A stretch of 64,000 nt of DNA from the NCBI GenBank assembly GCA_963845195.1, contig CAWJRH010000001.1:852597-916596 (forward strand). The letters run 5' to 3'. Source of the stretch: an uncultured delta proteobacterium (GTDB taxonomy: Bacteria; Myxococcota_A; Polyangia; Polyangiales; Houyiibacteriaceae). The position numbers and the translations under genes are program-made. The notes under the pieces are model-generated. The model did not search any database. It was given only the letters and a program-made list of their open reading frames with translations, and was not told the DNA's origin. Each line of letters starts with the position of its first letter. Position 1 is the first letter of the stretch. Shown one piece after another: positions 9,115-19,400 of this stretch.

Positions 9115-9939
9115 CTATGGTTGTGCGTGGACGGTCGATGTCAAGAGCGCGACTAGCGCGTCGGGCGCGTCGACGTGGATCCAGTGCCCCGCCGCCTCGA
9201 ATACGTGAACGAAGAGGTCGTCGCGCTGCGCGGCAAGCGCCTGCATGCGCGTGCGTTCGCCTGCGGAAAACACCGCCGACCGTCCGCCGATGACTTCATG
9301 CAGGATCGTGCCCTCAGGCGGTGATTCCACAATCGGCCAAAGGTCGATTGTCGCGTAGTCCTCGACGAGCGATCGAATCACAGAGAGGTCCGGACCGAAT
9401 ACGCGCCCCCCGTCTCGTCCCCGCTTGAGGTTCATCGCCAGCCATTGCGCAATGCCCTGGGGCTGGCCCCGTCCGACGAGCGCGTCCACGAAGGCTTGCC
9501 GTGAAGGCCAGTCGGCTGGAAGCGCGCCGAGTGTCGCGAGCACCGTTGCCGTGGTGTCAGTGCCTACATCGGTCGCGCTTGGCCCAGGCGCCGAGTCGAT
9601 GAGCCACACCTCGGCTGCGCGCGCTCGTTGTCCGAGCCAGTCGAGCACTACCTTGCCCCCAAAGCTATGGCCGAGCGCGCCCCCAATCGGCAGTCCGAGC
9701 CCAACCTCGAGTTCGAGGAGGTCGGCGGCCGCGGTTCGGACCGTGTGCGGGGCGGGTCTCCCGAGCGACTCGCCGTGTTCGCGAAGGTCGACCAGCACCG
9801 CGCCCCAATCGGGCCGCTGCTCTACGAAACGCCGGGCGATCCCGCGCCAATTCGCGCGGGTGCCGAGAATCCCGTGGACGAAGAACAGGTAGCCCGAGGG
9901 CTCAGCATTCTCCGGGTCAATCACATTGTGGGCCAGCAC
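9115..9939 (-). CDS. alpha/beta-fold hydrolase
   Basis: HG oxyanion motif (FFVHGILGT), nucleophile elbow GHSFGG, C-terminal AAGHWIHVD (His). Confidence 0.8.
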   Translation of the reverse strand: MLAHNVIDPENAEPSGYLFFVHGILGTRANWRGIARRFVEQRPDWGAVLVDLREHGESLGRPAPHTVRTAAADLLELEVGLGLPIGGALGHSFGGKVVLDWLGQRARAAEVWLIDSAPGPSATDVGTDTTATVLATLGALPADWPSRQAFVDALVGRGQPQGIAQWLAMNLKRGRDGGRVFGPDLSVIRSLVEDYATIDLWPIVESPPEGTILHEVIGGRSAVFSAGERTRMQALAAQRDDLFVHVFEAAGHWIHVDAPDALVALLTSTVHAQP

Positions 9940-9982
9940 GCTCGGCTCCTACCACGAATGTCTGGGTCGCTCTTGCGCTCGC

Positions 9983-10690
9983 TCAGGATGAAGGGGCCAA
10001 CGAAGGTGCCTGCGCCGGAATCAACTGAAGCAGAGTGCGTTCGATTCGAAATATGGCGCTGTCGGAAAGCCGGCGCCTCTTTTTCGCCGGCACGACGCCA
10101 AGCTCGATTCGCCCGAGGTAGGCATGCATCTTCGTGCGTGCCTCGTGGACGCGCCACGCGACCGTCCCTTCCGTCGTGTCGAGAACCACGGCGGCTTCGC
10201 GGTAGCTGAGACCCTGGAGCGTCGTGAGCACCACCGTGGTTTGGAGAAGAGGGCTCAGGCGATCGAACGCCTCAAGCAGGGTGCGGTACTGTTGACGAAG
10301 CGAGCAGGCGCGTTCCGGGTCGCCCTGTGCGTCGATCTCCACTGCGGCAACCAAGCGAGGATCGTCGAGGGGAACCGCATGCCGGCGCCTGCGGTCGCGT
10401 GTGACGTTGAGCGCTCGATGCAGCGTGATGCGGTAGATCCAGGTGAAGAACTCGCTTCGTCCCTCGAACTCGGAAAGCTTGTCGTACGCCTTGAGGAACG
10501 CGTCCTGCGTGATGTCGTCGGCGTCGCTCGCCTGGCCCGTCAGAGTGAGTGCAAGCGCATAGACGCGCGGCCTGTACTTACGCACCAGCTCTCCGAAGGC
10601 GGCCGTGTCGCCGGCCTTCGCTCGCGCAACGAGCGCCGCGGCTTCGGCACCTCTTTGTTCGGCTTCCGACGGTGGTGGTCTGTCGTGCAA
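9983..10690 (-). CDS. ECF-type RNA polymerase sigma factor
   Basis: Region 2 (FGELVRKYRPRVYALALTLTG...DDITQDAFLKAY) and region 4 HTH (LSYREAAVVLDTTEGTVAWRVHEARTKM). No adjacent anti-sigma-like gene. Confidence 0.85.
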   Translation of the reverse strand: MHDRPPPSEAEQRGAEAAALVARAKAGDTAAFGELVRKYRPRVYALALTLTGQASDADDITQDAFLKAYDKLSEFEGRSEFFTWIYRITLHRALNVTRDRRRRHAVPLDDPRLVAAVEIDAQGDPERACSLRQQYRTLLEAFDRLSPLLQTTVVLTTLQGLSYREAAVVLDTTEGTVAWRVHEARTKMHAYLGRIELGVVPAKKRRRLSDSAIFRIERTLLQLIPAQAPSLAPSS

Positions 10691-10832
10691 GGGGCTCCCC
10701 GTCCGTTCAGGACCCCTAAAGGTTACTCAGATTCCGGCGAGCGACCCAAATCGAGGGCCGCCCTAAGGCGGTACCCCGGAGGTACCCCCAACCGCGGACA
10801 GAGGCAGGCTTGAAACGCCTACTCCAAGCTGA

Positions 10833-11942
<1,110 letters not shown>

Positions 11943-11957
11943 CGCGAGGACGCTGCG

Positions 11958-12800
11958 ATGAGTTATTTCAATACGTTACGGGACATCGCCATCGTGATCG
12001 CACTGCTGGTCGTGCCGTTCCTGTTCCTTCGCTCGCATCTCAAAGACCCCTCGACGCTTTCCCTTCTCGATCGGGGGATTCTCCGTGTCAGTGGGCCGAT
12101 TCAGTACGTGGCCGAGTGGGCTGCCGATACGACGAGCAGCGTCGTCGAAGACTACGTCTATCTCGTCGACGTCGGGCGGGACAACGACCGGCTACGCGCG
12201 GAGAACGACAGGTTGGGGCGCGAGATGCGAGCGCTTCGCGCCGAGGTAGCGCGGGTACAGGAGCTCGAGGCTCTCATCGGGCTGCGTGAGCGTCTTTCGA
12301 CCGCGACCATCGCCGCACGTGTCATCGCCAAAGACATCTCGCCGTCGTTTCGCGTCGTGCGTCTGGCCGTCGACGAGGGCGGTCGCGGAGGCGTTCAGCC
12401 GGGCATGCCGGTCGTCTCGAGTGAGGGACTGGTTGGGCAGATTCGTCGCGTCTCGGGTGACTACGCCGACGTCCTTCTCACAGTCGATCCGGAGAGTCGT
12501 GTCGACGTGGTCGTCGGCCAAGGAGGCGCTCGCGGTCGACTCGTTGGTCTCGGAGAGCGCGCCCGGTACGGTGCGCGCGTTCAGTTCGACCGCACGGACG
12601 ACGAGGTAGCGGTCGGAGACGAAGTGTACACGTCTGGGCTTGGAAAGAAGTTCCCCGCCTCGATTCTGATCGGGCATGTAACCGAGATCGGTCAGCAAGA
12701 GTTCGGCCTTTATCAAGAAGGTGAGGTCACGCCTTCGGTCGATTTCACCCGCCTCGACGAAGTCCTCATCCTGATTTCTAGCCCCAAAGACAAGCGCTGA
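11958..12800 (+). CDS. mreC: rod-shape-determining protein MreC
   Basis: Position after mreB. N-terminal TM, a coiled-coil (NDRLRAENDRLGREMRALRAEVARVQELE), and a beta-barrel domain (GMPVVSSEGLVGQIRRVS). Confidence 0.9.
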   Translation: MSYFNTLRDIAIVIALLVVPFLFLRSHLKDPSTLSLLDRGILRVSGPIQYVAEWAADTTSSVVEDYVYLVDVGRDNDRLRAENDRLGREMRALRAEVARVQELEALIGLRERLSTATIAARVIAKDISPSFRVVRLAVDEGGRGGVQPGMPVVSSEGLVGQIRRVSGDYADVLLTVDPESRVDVVVGQGGARGRLVGLGERARYGARVQFDRTDDEVAVGDEVYTSGLGKKFPASILIGHVTEIGQQEFGLYQEGEVTPSVDFTRLDEVLILISSPKDKR

Positions 12801-12801
12801 C

Positions 12802-13317
12802 ATGCGGGGCTTTCGAAGCAGTGCGCTCATCGTCGTTGCCGCGTTCGCCATGCTTCTCATCCAATCGTCCTTCGCCCGCCTGCTCGCCCCCCAGCCATTG
12901 TCGCCTTACCTCGGGCTGCCCCTCGTCTTCGCCGTCGGCATTGCACCCGGAATACCTCTCGTTCGCGGGGCGTTGACCGCCTTTGCGATCGGCTATCTTT
13001 ACGACGTTTTCACCGGCAACCCCATGGGCATCCATACCTTCGCATGCGTCGTCGGCTTTCTCGCTGCGAGACTCGTGGGCATCGTCTCGAGTTTCCGCGG
13101 CGTGCTCTTTCAAGTCGCGCTCACCTTCGGCCTCACGCTCGGTGTCGGTATGCTCATCGAAGCGATTCGCGCCTTCACCCCGGGCGGTCTCTCCTGGAGT
13201 CGTCTGGCCCTCGTTCTGTCGATCCTGGCGCCCGCGGTCGTCACTGCGGCTCTGTCGCCTGTGCTGTTCGCACTTGTCCGGTGGATCGATCCCTCCTCGG
13301 AGCGTTCGCCCGGATGA
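12802..13317 (+). CDS. mreD: rod-shape-determining protein MreD
   Basis: 171-aa polytopic membrane protein immediately after mreC. Its stop overlaps the mrdA start. Confidence 0.8.
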   Translation: MRGFRSSALIVVAAFAMLLIQSSFARLLAPQPLSPYLGLPLVFAVGIAPGIPLVRGALTAFAIGYLYDVFTGNPMGIHTFACVVGFLAARLVGIVSSFRGVLFQVALTFGLTLGVGMLIEAIRAFTPGGLSWSRLALVLSILAPAVVTAALSPVLFALVRWIDPSSERSPG

Positions 13318-15188
13318 TCACGCTTTCGCAGCGCCGTGAGGTCGGGGAGTTCCGAAAGCGCTACCGCTGGATGGCGCTCTTCGTCGTGTTGGTCTTCGCC
13401 GGACTCATCGTGCGCATCGCCCAGGTGCAGCTGTTCCAGCGCGACCGCTGGTCTGGCATCGCACAGGACAACATTACGAAGACCCTCGAGCTGCCTCCAA
13501 CTCGCGGCGTGATTCGCGATCTCACGGGCCGGGTGATCGCATCGAACCGCCCATCCTACGACGTTTATGCGACGCCCCGGCTCCTCCAGAGCCCGGACGA
13601 CATCGAACGGATTGCGTCGTTGATGAGTCTGTCTCCGGCCGATGCCAGGGCGTTCCGAGAGCGACTGGAGGCGCTTCCCGCAAGCCGGCGCACCCAGCAA
13701 CTGCAGCTCTTCCGCGACATCAGCCGCGGCCAGCTTGCCGCGCTCGACACGCATCTTGCGGAGCTTCGGGCACTCGACATCGTGACGGTGCCTCTTCGCC
13801 ACTATCCCTACAAGAGCCTCGGGGCCCACCTGATTGGCTACCTCAACGAGGTGAACTCAAGCGACCTCGAGAAGGCTGACGACCCGGATTTCTACCGCTC
13901 CGGCGATCGCATTGGACGGAGCGGCCTCGAACGGGAGTACGAGACGCTCCTGCGCGGCTCGCGCGGATTCGAGCGGGTGGTCGTCGATGCGCAGGGAAGG
14001 GCCTTGACCGACGCTGAGCCAGAGTCGCTCGAAGTCGAGATGCATCGATCGCCGGTTCCAGGCCACGATCTACAGCTCACACTCGACATGCGACTCATGG
14101 AAGCGTTCGATCGTGCCTTCGAGCCCTATCCTTCGGGGGCCGCCGTCGTGGTCGATATTCATACGGGGGCGGTGCGCGCGCTCTACTCGAAGCCTGTCTA
14201 CGACCCGAACGAGCTCAGCAGTGGCCTGAGCCAGCGCCGATACAGCGAACTCACCGAGGATCCGTTCCGTCCGCTGATCGACAAGACGATCTATGACACC
14301 TATTTTCCTGGCTCGACGTTCAAAGTGTTTACTGCTTTGGCGGCCCTCGATGAGCATGTCGTCGACCCCGGCCAGCGAGTAGAATGCAAGGGTTCCATCC
14401 GGATCGGACGCCAGAAGTTTCGGTGCAACCGTCGTCACGAATGGGTCGATCTCTACGAGTCGATCGTCCAATCCTGCAACGTCTACTTCTGGGAGCTCGC
14501 AGAAGACGTCGGGCTCGAGCGAATCAATCGCTATGCACGCGATTTCGGCTTCGACGAGCGAAGCGGAATCGGAGTCAACAGCGAAGCTAGGGGCTTCCTG
14601 GCCACGCGCGAATGGTACGTCGAGCACTTCGGTGCGTTTCGGCCTGGGTACACCCTCAATACCGCGATTGGGCAAGGGAACACCCGAGTCACCGTGCTCC
14701 AGCTCGCGATGGCCTACGCGGCGATCGCCAACGGCGGCACCCTATATCAACCGCAGGTGGTCGAGAACGTACGAGCACCCGACGGCTCCCTGTCGGATAC
14801 GTTTCAACCTAAGGTGCGTCGCCGGGTCGACGTGTCGCCCGCGCACCTCGACTTGATTCGTCGCGCCCTGGTCGAAGTCGTCAACGACGAGTCCGGCACC
14901 GCGTATCGTGCCCGCCGCAAGGACGCCCCCCGAGTGGCAGGCAAGACGGGCACGGCCCAGGTGGTCAGCCGCAAGAGCAAGACCGACGAGTCCTCGAGCG
15001 CCTGGTACCTCGATCGCTCCCACGGTTGGTTTGCCGGGTTTGCGCCTGCTGACGATCCACAGGTAGCGTTTGCCGTGCTGGTGGAGCACGGTGGCGGTGG
15101 TGGTTCGAGTGCAGCCCCGATCGCCACGGCCGTCATGAAGGAGTACTTGAGCCCGCCTCGATCGACCGACTCCGCCGGGGAACCGTAG
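13314..15188 (+). CDS. mrdA: penicillin-binding protein 2 (elongasome transpeptidase)
   Basis: ORF 13044-15188 trimmed to ATG 13314 (ATGA overlap with mreD; MITLSQRREVGEFRKRYRWMALFVV). Active-site STFK (FPGSTFKVF), SxN-like and KTGTA motifs. Confidence 0.9.
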   Translation: MITLSQRREVGEFRKRYRWMALFVVLVFAGLIVRIAQVQLFQRDRWSGIAQDNITKTLELPPTRGVIRDLTGRVIASNRPSYDVYATPRLLQSPDDIERIASLMSLSPADARAFRERLEALPASRRTQQLQLFRDISRGQLAALDTHLAELRALDIVTVPLRHYPYKSLGAHLIGYLNEVNSSDLEKADDPDFYRSGDRIGRSGLEREYETLLRGSRGFERVVVDAQGRALTDAEPESLEVEMHRSPVPGHDLQLTLDMRLMEAFDRAFEPYPSGAAVVVDIHTGAVRALYSKPVYDPNELSSGLSQRRYSELTEDPFRPLIDKTIYDTYFPGSTFKVFTALAALDEHVVDPGQRVECKGSIRIGRQKFRCNRRHEWVDLYESIVQSCNVYFWELAEDVGLERINRYARDFGFDERSGIGVNSEARGFLATREWYVEHFGAFRPGYTLNTAIGQGNTRVTVLQLAMAYAAIANGGTLYQPQVVENVRAPDGSLSDTFQPKVRRRVDVSPAHLDLIRRALVEVVNDESGTAYRARRKDAPRVAGKTGTAQVVSRKSKTDESSSAWYLDRSHGWFAGFAPADDPQVAFAVLVEHGGGGGSSAAPIATAVMKEYLSPPRSTDSAGEP

Positions 15189-15190
15189 CC

Positions 15191-16300
15191 ATGGCGCTTG
15201 GACGGACGCTTCGAGACGAGTTCGACTGGCCGCTGTTCATCGCGGTCTCGACCATCGCGCTCTTCGGTGTGCTCAACCTCTACAGTGCGACCGACGGCGG
15301 CCGCACCTCGGAGGCCTACATTCAGCAGCTGTACTGGCTCGTACTCGGCTTCGGGGTGGCGGGGTTCACGGTCGCAATCGACTACCGCAACTTCGAGCGC
15401 TACGGCTGGGCGATTTACGGCGGCTGCGTGTCTCTCCTGGTGCTCGTGCTTCTTCTTGGTCGCAGTGTGCGGGGCTCGACCCGCTGGATTGCCATCGGCG
15501 GGTTCTCTCTGCAGCCGAGCGAGCTGATGAAGATCGGACTCATCATCGCCCTCGCCAAGGTACTCCATCACGACACCAAGACCGGCGGCCGCACCCTGGT
15601 CGACCTGGTCGTGCCTGGTTTCATCCTCGCGCTGCCGATGGGTCTCGTCCTGCTTCAGCCCGACCTCGGCACCGCGATGGTGCTCGCCTTCATCTTCGCG
15701 AGCGTGATGATGCTCACTCAGCTGAAGCTTCGCTCGGTGGTCACGCTGCTCGCGTCCTTTGTCGCCGCGGCGCCGATCACCTGGTTCTACCTGCTGAAGG
15801 ACTACCAGAAAGAGCGAATCGTCGCGTTTTGGAACCGCCTCGGCGGCACGCAGTCAGACCTTCTCGACTCGGGATGGCATGCGCACCAGTCGCTCGTTGC
15901 GATTGGAAGCGGGGGCTTCGCGGGCAAGGGGTTCACCCAGGGGACCCAGACGCGCTTTCGGTTTCTGCCCGACCAGCACACCGATTTCCCGTTTCCGGTC
16001 TGGGCCGAGGAGCACGGCTTCATCGGCGCGGTTCTGCTGATCGCGCTCTATTTGTTCTTGGTTCTTTGGTCGCTTCGGATCGCTGCGCAAGCGCGCGACC
16101 GGTTTGGCGCGGTTGTCGCCGTGGGCGTCGGCGCGATGATCTTCTGGCAGACCGTCGTGAATCTCGGGATGGTGTCAGGGCTCCTGCCGGTGGTGGGGAT
16201 GACCCTGCCGCTCTTCTCCTACGGGGGCTCCAGCCTGCTGTCGACGATGGTCGGGCTGGGTTTACTCATGAACGTATCGATGCGAAGATTTGCCCATTGA
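15191..16300 (+). CDS. rodA: SEDS glycosyltransferase RodA
   Basis: FtsW/RodA/SpoVE-type polytopic protein (LQPSELMKI, DFPFPVWAEEHGFIG, GLLPVVGMTLPLFSYGGSS) directly after mrdA. Confidence 0.9.
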   Translation: MALGRTLRDEFDWPLFIAVSTIALFGVLNLYSATDGGRTSEAYIQQLYWLVLGFGVAGFTVAIDYRNFERYGWAIYGGCVSLLVLVLLLGRSVRGSTRWIAIGGFSLQPSELMKIGLIIALAKVLHHDTKTGGRTLVDLVVPGFILALPMGLVLLQPDLGTAMVLAFIFASVMMLTQLKLRSVVTLLASFVAAAPITWFYLLKDYQKERIVAFWNRLGGTQSDLLDSGWHAHQSLVAIGSGGFAGKGFTQGTQTRFRFLPDQHTDFPFPVWAEEHGFIGAVLLIALYLFLVLWSLRIAAQARDRFGAVVAVGVGAMIFWQTVVNLGMVSGLLPVVGMTLPLFSYGGSSLLSTMVGLGLLMNVSMRRFAH

Positions 16301-17118
16301 CTGACTCCCCCCGAACGATCGTCGGGGTCATTCAGATGACCTCGACCGAAGACGTCGACGCCAACATGCGTACGGTCCGCGACCTCGTGTCCGACGCCGC
16401 TCGGCGAGGCGCCGAGGTGGTGGTCGTTCCAGAGTGCTTTTCGTATCTCGGTCCCGAAGCGGGGAAGCTCGAGATTGCCGAGGCGCTGGACGGGACCGGA
16501 CCAATCCTCGAGGCCTGCCGCCAGATCGCGCGCGACGCGGGCGTCGATGTCGTCTACGGCGGCTTCTGGGAGAAGAGCCCAAGCGCGGGGAAGGTCTACA
16601 ACGCATGCGTCTACATCGATGCCAAGGGTTCCGTCGGTCCGATCTACCGTAAGATCCATCTCTTCGACGTTGACCTTCCAGACGGTACCGCGATTCTCGA
16701 ATCGGAGACGGTCGTGCCAGGGGCGGAGACCGTCGTCGCCGAGACACCGTTCGGCCCGCTTGGGCTCAGCGTCTGCTACGACCTGCGCTTCCCCGAGCTC
16801 TACCGGCGCCTGGTCGACAAGGGCGCGATCGCGCTGGCGATTCCCGCTGCGTTTACGCTCACCACGGGCAAGGACCATTGGCACGTGCTGCTGCGCGCGC
16901 GCGCGATCGAACAGCAGTGCTATGTATTGGCGGCCGCGCAGACGGGGCACCACTACGGAAAGCGCTGGTCCTACGGCCATGCCCTCATCGTCGACCCCTG
17001 GGGCACGGTGCTCGCACAGTGCGGGGAGGGCCCCGGCGTCGCGGTGGCGGCCATCGAGCCTGACCGGGTCGCGCAGGTTCGGAACGCGGTGCCGAGCCTT
17101 CGTCATCGGCGCCTCTGA
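16297..17118 (+). CDS. carbon-nitrogen hydrolase (nitrilase/Nit superfamily)
   Basis: ORF 15829-17118; its 5' part overlaps rodA out of frame. A TTG at 16297 overlaps the rodA stop and gives LTDSPRTIVGVIQM. E-K-C triad contexts: VVVVPECFSY, YRKIHLFD, LSVCYDLRFPELY. Confidence 0.8.
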   Translation: MTDSPRTIVGVIQMTSTEDVDANMRTVRDLVSDAARRGAEVVVVPECFSYLGPEAGKLEIAEALDGTGPILEACRQIARDAGVDVVYGGFWEKSPSAGKVYNACVYIDAKGSVGPIYRKIHLFDVDLPDGTAILESETVVPGAETVVAETPFGPLGLSVCYDLRFPELYRRLVDKGAIALAIPAAFTLTTGKDHWHVLLRARAIEQQCYVLAAAQTGHHYGKRWSYGHALIVDPWGTVLAQCGEGPGVAVAAIEPDRVAQVRNAVPSLRHRRL

Positions 17119-17167
17119 GCCCCGCGAGGGTGACCCGTTCGCTGGTTTCGTGGCTCTTAAATGCGAC

Positions 17168-17195
17168 GAGCCCCGTCACTTTCGCGACGGGGCTC
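17168..17195. terminator. perfect 10-bp GC-rich hairpin between convergent genes
   Basis: gagccccgtc-actttcgc-gacggggctc lies between the hydrolase stop (17118) and the lipoprotein stop (17242). There is no U-tract on either side, so intrinsic-terminator function is uncertain. Confidence 0.45.
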
Positions 17196-17241
17196 ACCGA
17201 CTGTCACGCCTCCGAAAGAGGCGCGTTAGGCATGAAGCCTC

Positions 17242-17952
17242 TTAGGGTGCGTCGACGGGAACCGTGATCGGGTCCGTTCCGTCGAGGAGCTCGAAGGGAC
17301 CGCAGGGGTCTTCGCCAACGACGAACGTGATGACGCCAAGGGCGCCAGCGTCGGCAACGATCGTGCCGGTGGCCGGCTCGACGACGACATCCACACCAGC
17401 TGCTGCTGGAGTGAGCGCCGTGGTCACCGTGTCAAACGGCAGTGCGGGCGCAGGGACAAGACCGGGAGTGCCGAGGAGCTCGTGAGCGATCGCGGCAGGA
17501 TCCGCGTTGGTCGCGCTGAGTTCGGCCACTCCCTCTTCGATGGTCGCAAGACCCGCGAGAATGGCGAGGACGCTCTCGTCGATATCCATGATTGCACAGG
17601 TCGATACGTCGGTGGGGGCTCCTTCGACGAGCGCCTCTCCGGCGGTGTCACCGTAGAAGGTGAACTCGATCGGCACGGGGATTCCCATGACTTCGCAGGT
17701 CACTGAGTAGACCGAGGAAACCGCGAAATCGTCGCCGCCGCAGCCGAGGGGAGCGATGCCGCCCGTGCCGCCGTCGCCGCCCATGCCGGCCATGCCGCCC
17801 GTGCCGCCTTCGCCGCCGACGCCACCTGCGCCAGCGTCGCCGCCCATGCCGCCGTCGCCGCCGGTGCCGTTGTCGGTATCGTCGCTACAACCGACCAACC
17901 CAAGCGTGCCGGTAAGCAGTGCGATCACACTGAGTTTAAAAAATTTATTCAT
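17242..17952 (-). CDS. secreted lipoprotein with Gly-rich tether
   Basis: ORF 17242-18072 trimmed to ATG 17952 (RBS aggag upstream). Begins MNKFFKLSVIALLTGTLGLVGCSDD (lipobox), followed by GTGGDGGMGGDAGAGGVGGEGGTGGMAGMGGDGGTGG and a ~170-aa domain I cannot place. Confidence 0.7.
   Translation of the reverse strand: MNKFFKLSVIALLTGTLGLVGCSDDTDNGTGGDGGMGGDAGAGGVGGEGGTGGMAGMGGDGGTGGIAPLGCGGDDFAVSSVYSVTCEVMGIPVPIEFTFYGDTAGEALVEGAPTDVSTCAIMDIDESVLAILAGLATIEEGVAELSATNADPAAIAHELLGTPGLVPAPALPFDTVTTALTPAAAGVDVVVEPATGTIVADAGALGVITFVVGEDPCGPFELLDGTDPITVPVDAP
17758..17868 (-). repeat. low-complexity (GGxGG)n-coding tract
   Basis: Codes residues ~29-65 of the lipoprotein. The opposite strand reads as PPxPP and generates the spurious ORF 17756-18196. 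Confidence 0.7.
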
Positions 17953-18144
17953 CCCTTTGTTTCTCCTCTTAGTATTACCCCGGCGGGCGAGAGTCTGGCA
18001 TAAAAACCCCTCCACGCCCAACGCGGGAAAATGTGTACTCGCTGTTTGGCAGGGGCGCAATGAAAGGGCCAACTTCTGGCCTGCTCGGAACCGACAGCAA
18101 GCCCCACGAAAACCCCGATCCGCTGAACGAATGGCGAGCGTTCG

Positions 18145-18972
18145 TCAGGCCGACCGCGGGGGCCGAGGCATCAGACGGCTCGTCGTCCGCTGGTAGCGGA
18201 CGTAGTCCGGGTACTTATTCACGGAAATTTGCTCTGTAAGTGTGGTCGAGCCCTGAAAGAGCACTGTCAGCAGGAGCGCTCCGCTGAGGGTCCAGTTCAG
18301 CCAGCCGGCGCCGGCTGCGATCGAAAACACATAGTAAGTCCACCAGATCGCCTGCTCGCAGAAGAAGTTCGGATGACGCGAGTACCGAAACAGGCCCGAG
18401 GTCAGGAAGTCTGCGTCCCAGGGCTCCCCTCGCCCCCTGGCCGCGTGCTTGGCGTTCTGGAAGCGCCACTGCTGCTCGTCGGCGATGGTCTCTCCGACGA
18501 AGAAGAGGACGAAAGCCGTCGCGGCGGCGTAGTCGAGCGCGTTGAGGGGCGTGCCCGCATGGCGGTAGGCGGCGTACGAGGGCACGACGATCCACAGAAG
18601 CAGCACGTTCTGGAACGGCGCGAGAAAGGTCGCGTTGAGCACCTGAAACCACGCAGGCCCGATCCGCTTCTGGATCTCTTCCCACCGGTAGTCTTCGCCA
18701 CCCGGCGCATAGCCCCCCTTGCGCGCGTAGTTGTAGGTGAGGCGCACGCCCCAAAGAACGACCAGCGCCGCCATGAGGTTGAGCCTCGCGTCGTGGAATC
18801 CGGCGTAGGCTGCGAAGTGCACCGAATAGATCATCGGCGTGATCGACCACAGCCGATCCACCCACGAGTACTCGCGCGTGAGAATCGAAAGAAGCCAGCA
18901 GACTGCTGCAAAGCCCAGAGAGAGAGCGATGGCCGTGACGAGTGGATCGGTGGCCTTGTAGAGTTCGATCAT
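18145..18972 (-). CDS. DUF1295 / steroid-5-alpha-reductase-like membrane protein
   Basis: ORF 18145-19209 trimmed to ATG 18972 (MIELYKATDPLVTAIALSLGF). Polytopic. Has the characteristic YSRHPNFFCEQAIWW motif near the C-terminus. Confidence 0.8.
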   Translation of the reverse strand: MIELYKATDPLVTAIALSLGFAAVCWLLSILTREYSWVDRLWSITPMIYSVHFAAYAGFHDARLNLMAALVVLWGVRLTYNYARKGGYAPGGEDYRWEEIQKRIGPAWFQVLNATFLAPFQNVLLLWIVVPSYAAYRHAGTPLNALDYAAATAFVLFFVGETIADEQQWRFQNAKHAARGRGEPWDADFLTSGLFRYSRHPNFFCEQAIWWTYYVFSIAAGAGWLNWTLSGALLLTVLFQGSTTLTEQISVNKYPDYVRYQRTTSRLMPRPPRSA

Positions 18973-18974
18973 CG

Positions 18975-19391
18975 TCAGCCGAGTCCCGCCTCTTTGAGCT
19001 GGCCCATCAGCTTGCTGAAGTCCCAGTAGACCTTGAGCGACCGCACCTTGCCCGTTTCGTCGACCTCGTAGAGGCCCACCATGTCGATCACCGTCTTCAT
19101 GACGCCGAGGTCGTTGGTGGCCTTGAGCACGGCAACGCAAGTGTCGGCGCAGACGATCCGCTGAGAAGCCTCGATCCGCAGGTTGGCGTTGGCGATCACC
19201 GTGTCCCAAAACCGCTCGATCGCGGCCTTGCCCTGGTGCCCGTTGCCGGCGGGGTCGAGCATGGACTTGCCGACGGGGTCCGCGAGAAACGCGTCTTCGG
19301 CGAAGAGGTCCAGCCAGGCTTCTTTGTTCTTCGCCATTGCGAACTCGGCGGAACGTTCGCTTGCCACGAGCGCTGGGTGCTTGTCTGCCAT
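18975..19391 (-). CDS. SnoaL/ketosteroid-isomerase-like NTF2-fold protein
   Basis: 138 aa with the typical pattern (EFAMAKNKEAWLDLFAEDAFLADPVG...GKAAIERFWD). Only 2 nt separate it from the downstream DUF1295 gene. Confidence 0.75.
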   Translation of the reverse strand: MADKHPALVASERSAEFAMAKNKEAWLDLFAEDAFLADPVGKSMLDPAGNGHQGKAAIERFWDTVIANANLRIEASQRIVCADTCVAVLKATNDLGVMKTVIDMVGLYEVDETGKVRSLKVYWDFSKLMGQLKEAGLG

Positions 19392-19400
19392 GAGGTGTCC

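Noticed and set aside
17756-18196. 146-aa plus-strand ORF starting MPPVPPSPPMPAMPPVPP
   Set aside because: Same artefact: it is the antisense of the Gly-rich tract of the minus-strand lipoprotein 17242-17952, and its 3' part runs through that gene's promoter region.
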